From assembly GCA_951406725.2 (NCBI GenBank), contig OX597838.1:14942001-15006000 (forward strand): a stretch of 64,000 nt of DNA. Reading direction: 5' to 3'. Each line of letters opens with the position of its first letter. Position 1 is the stretch's first letter. Positions 29,359 through 44,650 of this stretch are shown here, in pieces. Made by a program: the position numbers and the translations under genes. This stretch comes from Octopus vulgaris. Taxonomy: Eukaryota. The notes under the pieces were generated by a model. That model saw only the letters and a program-made list of their open reading frames with translations, had not been told where the DNA came from and searched no databases.

Positions 29359-29645
29359 TACGCACACACACACGCACACACTCACACACGCACACACTCA
29401 CACGCGCACGCACACACACACACACACACACACACATAAAAGTGAGTTAGGATATATTATCCGGGCGGATACCGTATTAGCTCCCAGTTATGTTCCAGTT
29501 AACGGCTAACCACAACGATGAGTATTTATCGTCTGTGACTACAATTTGTCGTTAGTCACTCCGTGAATTCTTCCGATGGGTAATTCCGTGTACTCTTCGC
29601 TGGACAGTAAAAACTGTCTGGAGTATCTATTAATATTAATAATCA

Positions 29646-30211
29646 TAATAATGAAGAATATGGAGACTTGTACATCTGCAAAATTTATTTTATAATCTTA
29701 AATATATTTCTTTACTACCCACAAGGGGCTAAACACAGAGGGGACAAACAAGGACAGACAAACGGATTAAGTCGATTACATCGACCCCGATGTTTAACTG
29801 GTGCTTAATTTATCGACCCTGAAAGGATGAAAGGCAAAGTCGACCTCGGCGGAATTTGAACCCAGAACGTAACGGCAGACGAAATACGACTACGCAATTC
29901 GCCCGGCGTGCTAACGTTTCTGCCAGCTCGCCTTTATAATCTTATATACTGCACATTATAATGACCTACGTGTGTTTCTGCTGCACTGACCGCCCACTGT
30001 TGCAAATGCAACCTTACAATATTGTAATATTGTCGATGCAGTTTCATCAAGGTCCGTCCATTTACATCCAGCTCCACCCACAATATTGCAAGGTTGCATT
30101 TTCACGAGTGAGTAGTCGCAGCAGCGGAAACACATGTAGGTCATTATAATATGCTATATATATATAGCTATAAAACATACATTTTGTGGATGTACAAGTC
30201 TCCGTACTCTT

Positions 30212-30218
<7 letters not shown>
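29646..30218. mobile_element. Foldback MITE (long hairpin) interrupted by a SINE
   Basis: Nested inverted arms 29646-29694/30169-30218, 29955-29984/30121-30150 and 30004-30025/30080-30101. Confidence 0.75.
29705..29932 (-). mobile_element. SINE family A, full length with 12-bp TSD
   Basis: TSD TTTATAATCTTA at 29689-29700 and 29933-29944. Confidence 0.9.
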
Positions 30219-31385
<1,167 letters not shown>

Positions 31386-31884
31386 CAGATTGCAATTAAA
31401 GTGGTATTTAAGCAGCTGTCTTGTGTTCTTCAGCTGTCAGTAGAAAGTCACGAACGTTAAGACCTCCACAAAATCCCGTCCTTGTATTCCCAGCAAATCT
31501 ACCAATCGCGGCGGCTCTATGTTTGTTTGTTTGTTTTTTTTTTTCTGTTTTTCTATGGCGTCCCACTTTCTGAGGCAGCAACCAACTCAATTTGTCGTCA
31601 TGTGCACGGGGAACAGCGTCTCGTTTGAACCTGCTGGAACATATTAAGAATTAATATGTCATTTACCTAAATTGGAGCTGGCACCAAGTGCTAGAGTTTT
31701 TCTTGAAGAAATAGAAAAAATCTAAAAAATTCTGCTGTCACATCAGCATAATTTATTACAAGTCAATGAGAGAAGAGAAGGTCTCTACATGGTACCTTGT
31801 CTAATATGGTAGTCTATCACATTAGCATATATTATGATGTGTCGTTGAAATGGATCCAAATTTTTCTCGAAGGAAAAATATATA

Positions 31885-33110
31885 TGATTCCACTTTCACA
31901 TCAACAATTTATTATTTAAATACTGCGTCTCTTCAAATCATTAAAATTTATTGAGTCAATGAGAGAGGGGAAGGTTTCTATTCGGCCATTTGTCTAAAAT
32001 GGTACCCTGTCGCTTTAGCATAATTTATGATATGTCGCTGAAATAAGTTCTGAAGTTTTTCTTGAAGAAATGAAAAAAAAAAATGGTTCCATTTTCACAT
32101 CAACAATTTATTATTTAAATACTGCGTCTCTTCAAATCATTAAAATTTATTGAGTCAATGAAAGAGGGGAAGGTTTTCTATTCGGCCATTTGTCTAAAAT
32201 GGTACCCTGTCGCTTTAGCATAATTTATGATATGTCGCTGAAATAAGTTCTGAAGTTTTTCTTGAAGAAATGAAAAAAAAAATGGTTCCATTTTCACATC
32301 AACAATTTATTATTTAAATACTGCGTCTCTTCAAATCATTAAAATTTATTGAGTCAATGAAAGAGGGGAAGGTTTTCTATTCGGCCATTTGTCTAAAATG
32401 GTACCCTGTCGCTTTAGCATAATTTATGATATGTCGCTGAAATAAGTTCTGAAGTTTTTCTTGAAGAAATGAAAAAAAAAATGGTTCCATTTTCACATCA
32501 ACAATTTATTATTTAAATACTGCGTCTCTTCAAATCATTAAAATTTATTGAGTCAATGAAAGAGGGGAAGGTTTTCTATTCGGCCATTTGTCTAAAATGG
32601 TACCCTGTCCCTTTAGCATAATTTATGATATGTCGCTGAAATAAGTTCTGAAGTTTTTCTTGAAGAAATGAAAAAAAAAATGGTTCCATTTTCACATCAA
32701 CAATTTATTATTTAAATACTGCGTCTCTTCAAATCATTAAAATTTATTGAGTCAATGAAAGAGGGGAAGGTTTTCTATTCGGCCATTTGTCTAAAATGGT
32801 ACCCTGTCCCTTTAGCATAATTTATGATATGTCGCTGAAATAAGTTCTGAAGTTTTTCTTGAAGAAATGAAAAAAAAAATGGTTCCATTTTCACATCAAC
32901 AATTTATTATTTAAATACTGCGTCTCTTCAAATCATTAAAATTTATTGAGTCCATGAGAGAGGGGAAGGTTTCTATTCGGCCATTTGTCTAAAATGGTAC
33001 CCTGTCGCTTTAGCATAATTTATGATATGTCGCTGAAATAACGCCAAGTTCTGAAGTTTTTCTTGAAGAAATGAAAAAAAAAAAAAAAAATGGTTCCACT
33101 GCACATCAAC
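31885..33110. repeat. Tandem repeat, ~199-bp unit, ~6 near-identical copies
   Basis: cacatcaac recurs at about 31897, 32096, 32295, 32494, 32693, 32892 and 33102. Confidence 0.95.
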
Positions 33111-34704
33111 ATAATTTATCATGAGTCAATGAGAGGTGGGAAAGATCTACAGGGTCGCTTGTCTAAAATGGTATTCTTTAAATCGCTTTGACATAACTTA
33201 AAAATCGCTTTAGCATAATTTAAAAATCGCTTTAGCATAATTTATGCTGTGTCAATGAAGGCGGAAAAGTTCTACGTAGTCGCCCTATCACATTAATATA
33301 ATTTTAAAAGAGTCACTGAGAGAGAGGGAGAGAGAGAGAGGGGGGGTCTATATGATCTCTACTTTGAAATGTAGTTCCCGTCATATTAACATAAGTTATA
33401 AGTTTGCGCCCAAATTGGTTTCCTTATTACTCTAGCTTAATGTATAAGTCAATGTGGAAGGGGTGGTCGACTAAAATATCTCCTGTCATGTTAACATAAT
33501 TTATGAGAAGCCACTGAAGAAACAGGTCTTCTCTACTGGTCGGTCTTTCAAAATGGTTCCACTATTACATTAACATAATTTATGATGAATCAATGACAGA
33601 AGGGCGGGCCTACATCTGTTGCTTGACCAAAATGATCTTCTCTATCATGCTAACATAATTTTAAGAAATCAGTGAAAGCTGTTCTGTGGAATCGCACAAC
33701 CAAAATGACTCCCGTGTTACATTAACATAATTTATAATGAGCCAAAATTTTTCTACTAAGATATTAGCATAATTTATGCTGAGTGAACGATGCAGGTTTT
33801 TACGTGTTAGCTTGACCGACAAGGCATAGTAACTAAATATTCTTCGAACGACACACTACTGTTTATAAAATAGGAAAAATGTTTTAAATTAAGTAATCTA
33901 CTCCAGGGTAAAACGATGGATCGGTTACGACTGGAATCCTTATGATCATAGATCTGCACAGCCAGAGCTGACCTAGGGCTAAGCAACAAGAAAAACAATG
34001 TCATCAACATAATTTATGATGAGCTAATGTAGGAGCCTGTATGTGTTGGCTCCGCCTTCTAAATAAATGGGCGGGAAAATATACCCTAATATTTTATTGA
34101 GGTGGAAACTCTTGATTATTTTTATAGTTTGAGAACCACTGTTTAACAGTCTTTAGAGAATTTTTTAAAAGTTTGGATTAGATATTAGAAAAATAAAGTG
34201 ATAGATAATGCACGTGAAAAAAGATGCGATGGTCACTGCTGGAACGCCTTTATTTACGGGCCTACTGGAACATTCCACCCCAGTTACAATAACATCGCGA
34301 ACATTCTTGGATGATTGTATAAATCATTCAATGGATCTGAAAGAGGTTAACTGTCCCTTGAACAGAAATAGGAAACGAATCACCATCAAATCACCCCTTA
34401 ACTATCTCCAAAAACAATAAGTAAAGAAAGAAAGAATTTTAAAATGATCAAACCCACAAGTCAGCTTTTATGTGGTCGGTCGACCTATTAATAATAGCAG
34501 CGAAATTTCTATCAAATCTACTGTCTTAAGGATAAAACAAGATGTGTAATGCAGTTCTTGATATGTCCTAAAAAGACCAGTTTTAAATTGTTTAGTTTTA
34601 CTAGGTAAGTCTCCTTATTCAGAGATTGTCAAGCCGTGTTTATCTACAGCATCTTTCTTCCTTTCCTGTCTCGATGTCTCTTCAAATAATGGGGGAAAGC
34701 GACT

Positions 34705-34853
34705 CTAGTGTTCAACTGGTACTTATTTTATCGACTTCGAAAGGATTAAATGGAAAATCGACATCGGCAGAATTTGAACTCAGAACGTAAAGGCAAACGA
34801 AATGCCGCTAAGCAATTCGCCCAACGTGCTAACCATTCTGCCAGCTCTTTGCC
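34705..34853 (-). mobile_element. SINE family A fragment
   Basis: Reverse-complement homology. Confidence 0.75.
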
Positions 34854-34970
34854 TTCGCTTTATTTAATAATGGCCAATAAATAGTGAAGATGGTCTAAAA
34901 AAACTTTTTTAACTTGTCCCGGTTGTAACTCACGCGAACGTAATTTGTAGTGATCAAATTATTGCGCCCC

Positions 34971-35008
<38 letters not shown>

Positions 35009-35639
35009 CTCCGTCGAGAACCAACAGCGCTTATTGTTCACCAAATGCGATATAAAATACATCAAATAATATTCAAAGTAACAACAAACTTAATTTTTCT
35101 CTACTATCTGTTGAAGGGTAAGGTCCCGAAACTTCAAACTTTACACTTCACAGCAATAGAAGCTACCTACATTCTACAAACTCAGCTTTCGATTATCATT
35201 GTCGACGTCGATCGTCACCGCCTTCTTTGGATTCCAGACTTTACCCTGCTTTTAATATCTTTGGGAGTGAAGAAAAAATAACCTTGTTTGTTTAAAACAT
35301 TCAAAGTCTGCTGTTTACTAGAACTCATGGCATACTAAGTTTCTCTGTATAGTTTGTTTTGTTTCTTTTTTCGAAGTGAGTCAGACCCTCTCCAGGGATT
35401 TCTATTTCAAGATAATATCGTGTAAAATTTGACTTATGGAGACGAATAGACAAAAAAAAAAAAAAAAAGTTTGGTGAAAGGAATGCCACTTTAAAATTTA
35501 TTATTTGTTGTTGTTTTTGTACGATGTTCGTGTATGCGTCCACCCTTCACTAACGAGACAGATGAGACCAAAACCCCTACGTGATCTCTCGGCAAGTTAG
35601 GTTCCATGTTTCCCCGAAATCGCACTCAGCTGTCTCAAC

Positions 35640-35950
35640 AATATAGTCCTAGATATACTGTGTCTGAATAAAAGACATTACATAATATAGTCTTAAATAC
35701 ACTATATCTTATAGTATAGTCTTAAATACACTATATCTAACAGTATAGTCTTAAATACACTATATCTAAAGAACATTACATAATATAGTCTTAAATACAC
35801 TATATCTTATAGTATAGTCTTAAATACACTATATCTAAATAAGAGACAGAACATTAGATAATGTAGTCCTTGATAGTCTATGTTTGAACAAAAAACAGGG
35901 CACAGTAGATAATGTAGATCCAGATACACTATGTCTGAATAAAAGACAGC
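35640..35950. repeat. Short tandem repeat (tagtcttaaatacactatatct core)
   Basis: About 29-40 bp units, degenerating outward. Confidence 0.8.
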
Positions 35951-36939
35951 AGACAAGACAATATGTATTCATAGGCTCACACATAAACGTTATTTTGTAT
36001 TAACAAACAAACGAGCATTCAATACATAATGTACAGTTTATGGTTTAGATTACCAATTGGCGATTCGCCCTGTTGTTAGTTTGATCGATCACACGTTCTG
36101 AGTAGACGTATGATTGCCCAGAGAATATTTCGGGAATAAGGATATGATATGCCGTAGAGCAGAAACTAAGCCAAATCTTAATGATTAAGACAAGTTACGT
36201 GTTCGGAAATATTACAAACCAAAAATGGCCGGACAACTATGACACAAAGGGAGGCTATCCAAACCAAAGCTTGTGATTGTCAAGTGTAGCTACTTCACGT
36301 AGGTTGTTGAATCCGATGACAATGAATTTGTATCGGTTGGTCTGAACTTAAATCAGAGATCTAAAAAGTCTTTAGAAAAAAATCTCCTATGACGACAAGC
36401 AATCTGACTTCCGACTTCGGGATGTCGTTTGGTGTTTCAATGTCCAAGACTTCTCAATATGAGGATGCGTTCAGTTTCGTGATATGTTGAAATATGGAGT
36501 AGCTTTATCGATAATGCTCTATGTTATTAGAGAGCGTTTAGAATTTAGGTCCCAAGTTTAGAGACAAACTGGGAATGAGAACACAGTTTTCATAGTTCCT
36601 TGCTGTAAATGAGCGAAGAAACTGACGGAAACGACCTTCGAAAATGTTTGTAGAGAGTCTCGTATTATACCTTTTAGTGCAGTCTAAGTGTGTTGTGGAA
36701 GTTCAATACACAGACCCCTTTGTAGAGTTATAGATAAATTTCCACAGTTGTAAGTTGGCTGTTGGAGTAAAGGCTGTGTAGGTATTGTTTTCGGCTGTAA
36801 TGTATGATCTGGGAAAAGATGATAGGCAAGCAGGCAGGCAGGCTGGCCTCAATGTTGCGTTTATTGATAAATACGTATGTATGTGTGTTTACAGATACGT
36901 ATATATACATATACGTATATATGTATATATGTGTGCATA

Positions 36940-36963
36940 GACACACACACACACACACAAGCA

Positions 36964-37015
<52 letters not shown>

Positions 37016-37040
37016 CCAATCTATCTGTGTGTGTGCGCGA

Positions 37041-37081
<41 letters not shown>

Positions 37082-37122
37082 CGCGTGTGTGTGTGTGTGC
37101 GCGAGTGTGTGTTTGTGTCTGT

Positions 37123-37171
<49 letters not shown>

Positions 37172-37172
37172 A

Positions 37173-37225
<53 letters not shown>

Positions 37226-37228
37226 TGT

Positions 37229-37279
<51 letters not shown>

Positions 37280-37769
37280 GAACCTGTAGAGCAGAACAAA
37301 ATAATGACTTTCATCTGGTTTAAAGGAGACGGCGAGTAAAGTTGGTTGGCTATAAGACATAAACTGGGGTAAAGGACCGATAATTGCTTTGGTGGGGGGA
37401 TGTGTTTAGGGAGAAAGGGATGAGTGGAACTGAATTCAGTGAAGCTTCATAGAGATGCCCTCAGAAAAGGGTCTTTCGGATAACGACAATAACAATAGCA
37501 ACAACAACGACGACGACGATGACGATGACGATGATGGTGGTGGTGGTGGTGGTGGTGGTGGTGGTGGTGGTGGTGGTGATGATGATGGTGGCGGTGGTGA
37601 TGGTGATGATGATGATGGTGGTGGTGGTGGTGGTGGTGGTGGTGGTGGTGGTGAGGAGGATGATGATGATGATGATGATGATGAGGATGACGATGATGAT
37701 GATGATGATGATAATGATGGTGGTGGTGGTGGTGGTGATGATGATGATGAGGATGATGATGACGACGAC

Positions 37770-37803
<34 letters not shown>
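36940..37803. repeat. (CA)/(GT) and (GGT)/(GAT) tracts
   Basis: Directly visible. Confidence 0.95.
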
Positions 37804-38128
37804 TTTTCTTTATTAAAGACAAAGTTTGACAAAAAGATCAAGGTCGGTACTGGGCGATAAGTGAGAAATTAAAAAAAAAAAAAAGGTGTAAAAAAAATGT
37901 GTAAAGAAATGTGTAAAAATTAAAGAATAATCTTCTCCCCACCACAAAAAAAAATGAGGCAGGCTTTGGAGGGGGGGGGGCTACTCTTGGAAACCCCACA
38001 AAAACCTCGATCATGCTGTCTACCGATGCAAGCACCCTTCCCAGTTGTCTTCTTCCAATCTACAGGCGAATTCTCAGTCCAAAGCCGTTCACCCGGAATG
38101 TTACAAGTCCTATAGTACGATGCAAAAA

Positions 38129-38675
38129 TTATACCCTCCTCTAGGTTATACCCTCCTCTAGGTTATACCCTCCTCTAGGTTATACTCCTCTAGATTATAC
38201 TCTAGGTTATACTCTAGGTTATACTCCTCTAGGTTATACTCCTCTAGGTTATACTCCTCTAGGTTATACTCCTCTAGTTTATACTCCTCTAGGTTATACT
38301 CCTCTAGATTATACTCTAGGTTATACTCTAGGTTATACTCTAGGTTATACTCCTCTAGTTTATACTCCTCTAGTTTATACTCCTCTAGATTATACTCTAG
38401 GTTATACTCTAGGTTATACTCCTCTAGTTTATACTCCTCTAGATTATACTCTAGGTTATACTCCTCTAGGTTATACTCCTCTAGGTTATACTCCTCTAGA
38501 TTATACTCTAGGTTATACTCCTCTAGATTATACTCTAGGTTATACTCCTCTAGATTATACTCTAGGTTATACTCTAGGTTATACTCCTCTAGGTTATACC
38601 CTCTAGGTTATACTCCTCTAGGTTATACTCCTCTAGGTTATACTCCTCTAGGTTATACTCCTCTAGGTTATACTC
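38129..38675. repeat. Minisatellite of mixed 15-bp (ttatactcctctagg) and 12-bp (ttatactctagg) units
   Basis: Directly visible. Confidence 0.95.
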
Positions 38676-38784
38676 AGTCAAACGGTCTTATGAATGTGAA
38701 TGTGCTTGTGTGTTTGTGAGCGTGAATGTGTATGTATGTGTGTCCGTGCACGTCAAAAAAGAGAAAGAGAGACAGAAAGAGGGG

Positions 38785-38856
<72 letters not shown>

Positions 38857-38930
38857 GTGTGTGTGTACGTTTTCCTCAGAAGACACGTATACATAAAATG
38901 CAATCTGTCGCAATTATCAAGCAGACATGA

Positions 38931-39049
38931 TGTGACACGGCGTGACACGGTGTGACACGGCGTGACACGGCATGACACGGCGTGACACGGCGTGACACGG
39001 TGTGACACGGCGTGACACAACGTGACACGGCGTGACAAGGCGTGACACA
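38931..39049. repeat. 10-bp minisatellite (cgtgacacgg), ~12 copies
   Basis: Directly visible. Confidence 0.95.
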
Positions 39050-39342
39050 GCTTGCTCTATGTAACCAATCAGAACCGCATTCCGTTCGACGACAGTACTC
39101 CACCGCGTTTACAACTTGCTGCCATGAAGACGTCCGCAATGTCTCGCCCTTCGAACTCTCGTAATCCATCAGATATCCTTAAAAGCTTTTCATTCTGTGT
39201 TTATTTCCTCACCTCTGATCTGTTTGTTTGTATAACTTTTGCTACAGTCGACATTTCTGTAATCTATATCGACGAAAACAGCTTTTGTATATAAGATTAT
39301 AAGCCTATGCATGTGTGTATATAAACATGCGTGTGTGTGTGT

Positions 39343-39601
39343 CTTTTATCTTTTACTTGTTTCAGTTATTAGACTGCGGTCATGCTGGGGCACCGCCTTG
39401 AATTTTTAATCGAACAGATCGGCCCCAAGATTTTTAAGCCTGGTACTTATTCACACACACACACACACACACACACGCACGCAGGTACACACACATATAT
39501 ACATACACATGAATATATATATATGTATATACATACATATATATACATATATATATATACACATATACACACACATACACACACACATACACACACACAT
39601 A

Positions 39602-39689
<88 letters not shown>

Positions 39690-39900
39690 CGTATACACAT
39701 ACACACACACACACACACATATATATGTATAATATATGCAGGCGTGGCTGTGTTGTAAGAAACTTACTTCCCAACCACATGGTTCCAGGTTCAGTCCCAC
39801 TGCATGGCACATTGTACAAGTGTCTTCTATAATAACCTCAGGCTGGTCAAAGCCTTGTGAATGAATTTGGTAGACAGAAACCGAAAGAAGCCCGTCGTGT
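39343..39900. mobile_element. SINE B fragments (39343-39451 minus; 39738-39900 plus) separated by microsatellite
   Basis: Homology to other copies. Confidence 0.7.
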
Positions 39901-39936
39901 GTGTGTGTGTTTGTGTCCATGTGTGTGTGTGTGTGT

Positions 39937-39968
<32 letters not shown>

Positions 39969-40589
39969 TTGTGTGCATGTGTGTGTGTGTGCGTGCGAGT
40001 GCGTGACGTAACTTGCGAGGTCACCCTTGAGTGCTACTGGTAACATGGAATCCAATACAACTTGTTTCATGGTCGGGTCGTGGCCGAGCTAAACCGGCAC
40101 CCCGACCCTGTTATCCTAGTGAGGAGGGTAACCAGGAACCAAACAGGACTAAAAGGAACAAGACTTCTGAAAAGGACAGATGGAACCCGAAACATGGGAT
40201 TCAACGACCCATTTAGCAATAACACGAACCCTCGTAAATTCCGCGTTGATGTCCGGCGTGTTGCAGGGTCCCTGGGGGTGAGACAACCCGCAGCATTTGT
40301 TTCAGCGTGGTTCTCATATCAACCCCTAATATACAGGGGATGGCTTTGGACATTTTCGGAAGCTTTTGCTTGCGCTTCAAATCATGACACTCCCACATTC
40401 CTGAGCCTGCAATCCATATTGGTACCAGACATCATGCCGCGGTTTGTCTCCAAACCATGTCAACAGTGTGGAGACGGTCTATGAGGTCTTTGTGCATATA
40501 TAGAGAAAGAGAGGAAGAGGGCGAGAAATATACATCTGTATATATACACACGTGTATACGAACATGTGTGCATACATATATTCATACTC

Positions 40590-40639
<50 letters not shown>

Positions 40640-40808
40640 ACTTCAGGGTGTGCAATAAAATATTTGTTTTATCAGTTTGTTTACCAAATCCGTAAATCCG
40701 TTCCCTGCTACACTCACTCACACACACACACACACACACACATACAAACACGCACACGCACACACACACACACGCACGCACAAACACACAAACACAAACA
40801 CGCGCACG

Positions 40809-40841
<33 letters not shown>

Positions 40842-40870
40842 GCACAAACACGCACACACACACAAATACG

Positions 40871-40911
<41 letters not shown>

Positions 40912-41159
40912 GCACACACACACACAAAGTATATACATGTATGTGTGTGTATTCAGATGTTTATATATACATATCTGTACACCAACATATATATATATAT
41001 ATATATATATTTGTGTGTGCATGTATATATATATATATATTCAAGCACACATAAATACCCTCCTCCCCCCACACACAAATACCCTCCTACACACACACAC
41101 ACAAAGTATATACATGCATGTGTGTGTATTCAGATGTTTATATATACATATATGTACAC

Positions 41160-41229
<70 letters not shown>

Positions 41230-41238
41230 GTGTGCATG

Positions 41239-41269
<31 letters not shown>

Positions 41270-41517
41270 CAAACACAAATACCCTCCTCCCACACACACA
41301 AATACCCTCCTACACACACACATGCACACACATATATAATACGCATATATCTATATTTATACACAAAATACATAAACAAAACTTATCGCCTATCATAAGC
41401 TCTTATTTACATACATCGCAGGTCGTCACAAAATTTACATAGGTTTTATCATGTTTATCACCCTCCTCTCTCTCTCTCTTCTCTCTCTTAATATATAAAC
41501 ACGCGTGCGTGTGTGCA

Positions 41518-41562
<45 letters not shown>

Positions 41563-42037
41563 CGGTAAAATGGCCACTGCCGTCTTCATTACACGCCACA
41601 TGGAACTAAACTGGAAAGAATTGGGTTATATTAGAAACTTCTTAAATTGACCAGAAACACTCCCTCTTATCAGTTTAGCAGCGACGTAAGACGTTGGACC
41701 GGGGTAGGTAGCTAGCCGGCTAGGTAGATTGCTGGGAAGGAATGTAGGTAACTAGGTAGATGGATGGGTAGATGTACAACAGGCGTTACATATCTAATAC
41801 TTTTGCTACTTATCTTTATCAGCGATCTGTTTGCTTTAATTAAATGCAGCTGAAAGTTTATTTGATGACGACACCAAGGGAAATTTTTAACTGATCTGAA
41901 AATGATTTTAAATCCAGACCTTCTCAGAGAACCAGAAGGAACGTCTGTAAAATTTCCAGAGAGTTTGGTTTTTTTTATTACACAGGATTACTTCAAATTC
42001 AGGATTCCCAAAGAACTAGATTGGTCGTCTTTTTTTT

Positions 42038-42314
42038 TTATCTTTTACGTGTTTCGGTCATTTTAATTTAATTTAATTTAATTTAATTTAATCTAATTTT
42101 TTTGGCTCAAAAAAGCAAAAGCAAGGCCATGTAGAGGAAGAATGCGGCCATGCTGGAGCACCGCCTTTAATCGAGCAAATCGACCCCCAGAGCTTATTCT
42201 TTGTAAGCCTAGTATTTATTCTATCGGTCTCTTTTGCCGAACCGCTAAGTTACGCGGACGTAAATACACCAGCATCGGTTGTCAAGTGATGTTGCAGGGA
42301 CAAACACAGACATA

Positions 42315-42393
<79 letters not shown>

Positions 42394-42553
42394 GACGGGC
42401 TTCTTTCAGTTTCCGTCTACCAAATTCACTCAGAAAGCTTTGGTAGGCCCGAGGCTATAGTAGAAGACACTTGCCCAAGGCGTCACGCAGTGGGACTGAA
42501 CCCAGGACCATGTGGTTGGTAAGCAAGCTACTTACCACATACCCATTCCTGCG
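42038..42553 (-). mobile_element. SINE family B with a short (TTTAA)n-tailed insert in its 3' end
   Basis: Homology; insert at 42061-42140. Confidence 0.8.
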
Positions 42554-42949
42554 TCTGGAAGTTTTCTAGAAATTTCTAGAATGGAAAGTGAGTTCAGAGC
42601 TTTCCAAAAACCAGAAAGAACGTAAGTTTTCTAGAAATATCTATTACGGAATATGAATGATTTCAGCGATTACAGAGAAATAGCAAAGAAGGTTTATAAG
42701 TTCTCAAGAAGTTTCTAGAATGGAAAATTACTTTAGACCTTCCAGAGAAACAGTCAGCTTTTATAAGTTAACGAGAAATTTCTAGAACGGGGAAGGAATG
42801 GTTTCACAAAATTCCTGGGAAACAAGAAGGTCTTCAATTTTTTTTTGATATTTCTAAATTTCTATAAGGGAAAATTGTAAAATTGTTTCATAATGATGAA
42901 CAAGCAGCTTAAAGAAAGTGATGAGTAAATAAATCTCATACAGGACTCT

Positions 42950-43610
42950 TGGTGGTGGTGGTGGTGGTGGTAGTGGTGGTGGTGGTGGTGGTGGTGGTGG
43001 TGGTGGTAGTGGTGGCAGTAGTAGTAGTAGTTATTTCTTCTTCTTCTTCTTCTTCTTCTTCTTCTTCTTCTTCTTCTTCTTCTTCTTCTTCTTCTTCTCC
43101 TCATTCTTCTCCTCATCCTCCCCTCCTTCTTCTTCTCTCCTCCTTCTTCTTCTATTCCTCTCCTCCCCATTCTTCTTCTCTCCTCCTTCTTCTTCTATTC
43201 CTCCTCCTATTTCTTCTTCTTCTTCTTCTTCTTCTCCCCCTCTCCTCCTCCTCATTCTTCTTCTATTCCTCCTCCTATTCCTCCTATTTCTTCTTCTTCT
43301 TCTTCTTCTTCTTCTTCTTCTTCTTCTCCCCCTCTCCTCCTCCTCCTTCTTCTCTCCTCATTCTTCTTCTATTCCTCTTCCTATTCCTCCTGTTTCTTCT
43401 TCTTCTTCTTCTTCTTCTTCTTCTTCTCTTCCTCTCCTCCTCATTCTTCTTCTCCTCCTCCTTCTCTCCTCATTCTTCTTCTATTCCTCCTCCTATTTCT
43501 TCTTCCTCTTCATCTTCTTCTTCTTCTTCTTCTTCTTCTTCTTCTTCTTCTTCTTCGTCTTCTTCTTCTTCGTCATCGTCTTGCTGGAGGTGATGGTGAT
43601 GATGATGATG
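42950..43610. repeat. (GGT)/(TTC)/(TCC) tract
   Basis: Directly visible. Confidence 0.95.
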
Positions 43611-43619
43611 ACAGTGGTG

Positions 43620-44650
43620 TAGTCAGTGCTGGCGTGGACTCTCGACTGGCTAGAAACAATAGCTGAATTTTCGCGAAATAAAATTCTACTGTCTTAAATA
43701 AGGAAATTATATAATTTCTATTAAAGAAAAATGATGAGATTGTCACGGTAGGAACAACAGCTTTGATAATAGGTCTGAGTAAAACCAGACTCCAGACTCA
43801 ATAGATAATGTACTTTTAGATATACAATGTCAGAATAAAAGATAGGATACATTAGATGTAATTATAGATACGCTGTACTTGAATAAAAGGCGAGGTTGTT
43901 ATGGCGACACCTTTAATCTCAGATGTCTTGAATCATTGTTGAGCTGAGCTAAGCAACAAAGGACACATGTTGTTCTAGCTATGCTGTGTTTCAATAAAGG
44001 CCTGGATGATCAGGGCTGGAACGTCTTTCATCAAAGGTTTTCTAATCGGTGTTAAACTTGGGCTAAGCAACAGCTACAAGAAGGAATGATTTGTTAGATA
44101 TTGTAGCTGGAGATACACTCTCCGGGAAAAAAAAATGAGATGATGGTCACTGCTGGAATGTCTTTGATCACAGGTCTGTTATGCAGACCACAAGTGTCTC
44201 TCATTCAGCGGTAAACCAGACCGATGATTGAAAGCCACAAGGACAGTATCGAATGATGCATATTAATAATGTCGTCATAGGTATACTGTGTGTTAATATA
44301 AAACACGACGGCCATAATTGAATTGTGTATGATCATAGAAATGATGGCCGAAGACTAACCAGGGGCAAAACAACCGAAGCACAGAAGGACATAACAAATA
44401 ACTTGGACAAAGAAATACTGCACGTCTGAATATAAGAGAGGGTGGCTATAACTGAACCGTATTTGATCATAAATCTGCTGGATAAGAACTGACCCAGAGC
44501 AAAGCCAAAATAAAAGCAACCGTTAGGTACACAAAGATATGCTATGCGTGAGTAAAAGAGAACTCATACTCCCATTTATGTCCGAGAATCAGTATCTGAA
44601 TAAAACGATGGGATGATTATTGGTCTATTTAATCAGAGCTGACAGGAGTT
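43620..44650 (+). repeat. Degenerate tandem copies of a ~110-120 bp unit also dispersed elsewhere
   Basis: Recurring ...agata(c)act.tgt.tgaataaaag...gatggtc...gctggaa.g.ctttgatcataggtct...ggctaa.caaca; similar units near 33900, 48650 and 51530. Confidence 0.6.

Noticed and set aside
31885-33110. CRISPR-like regular array
   Set aside because: Whole units repeat with no unique spacers; eukaryotic context.
38876-39180. Possible second exon on the minus strand (GYLMDYESSKGETL...)
   Set aside because: Weak acceptor, no clear donor, no recognisable domain, and it runs into a minisatellite.
40921-41330. Local two-copy duplication
   Set aside because: Ordinary slippage duplication between CA tracts.
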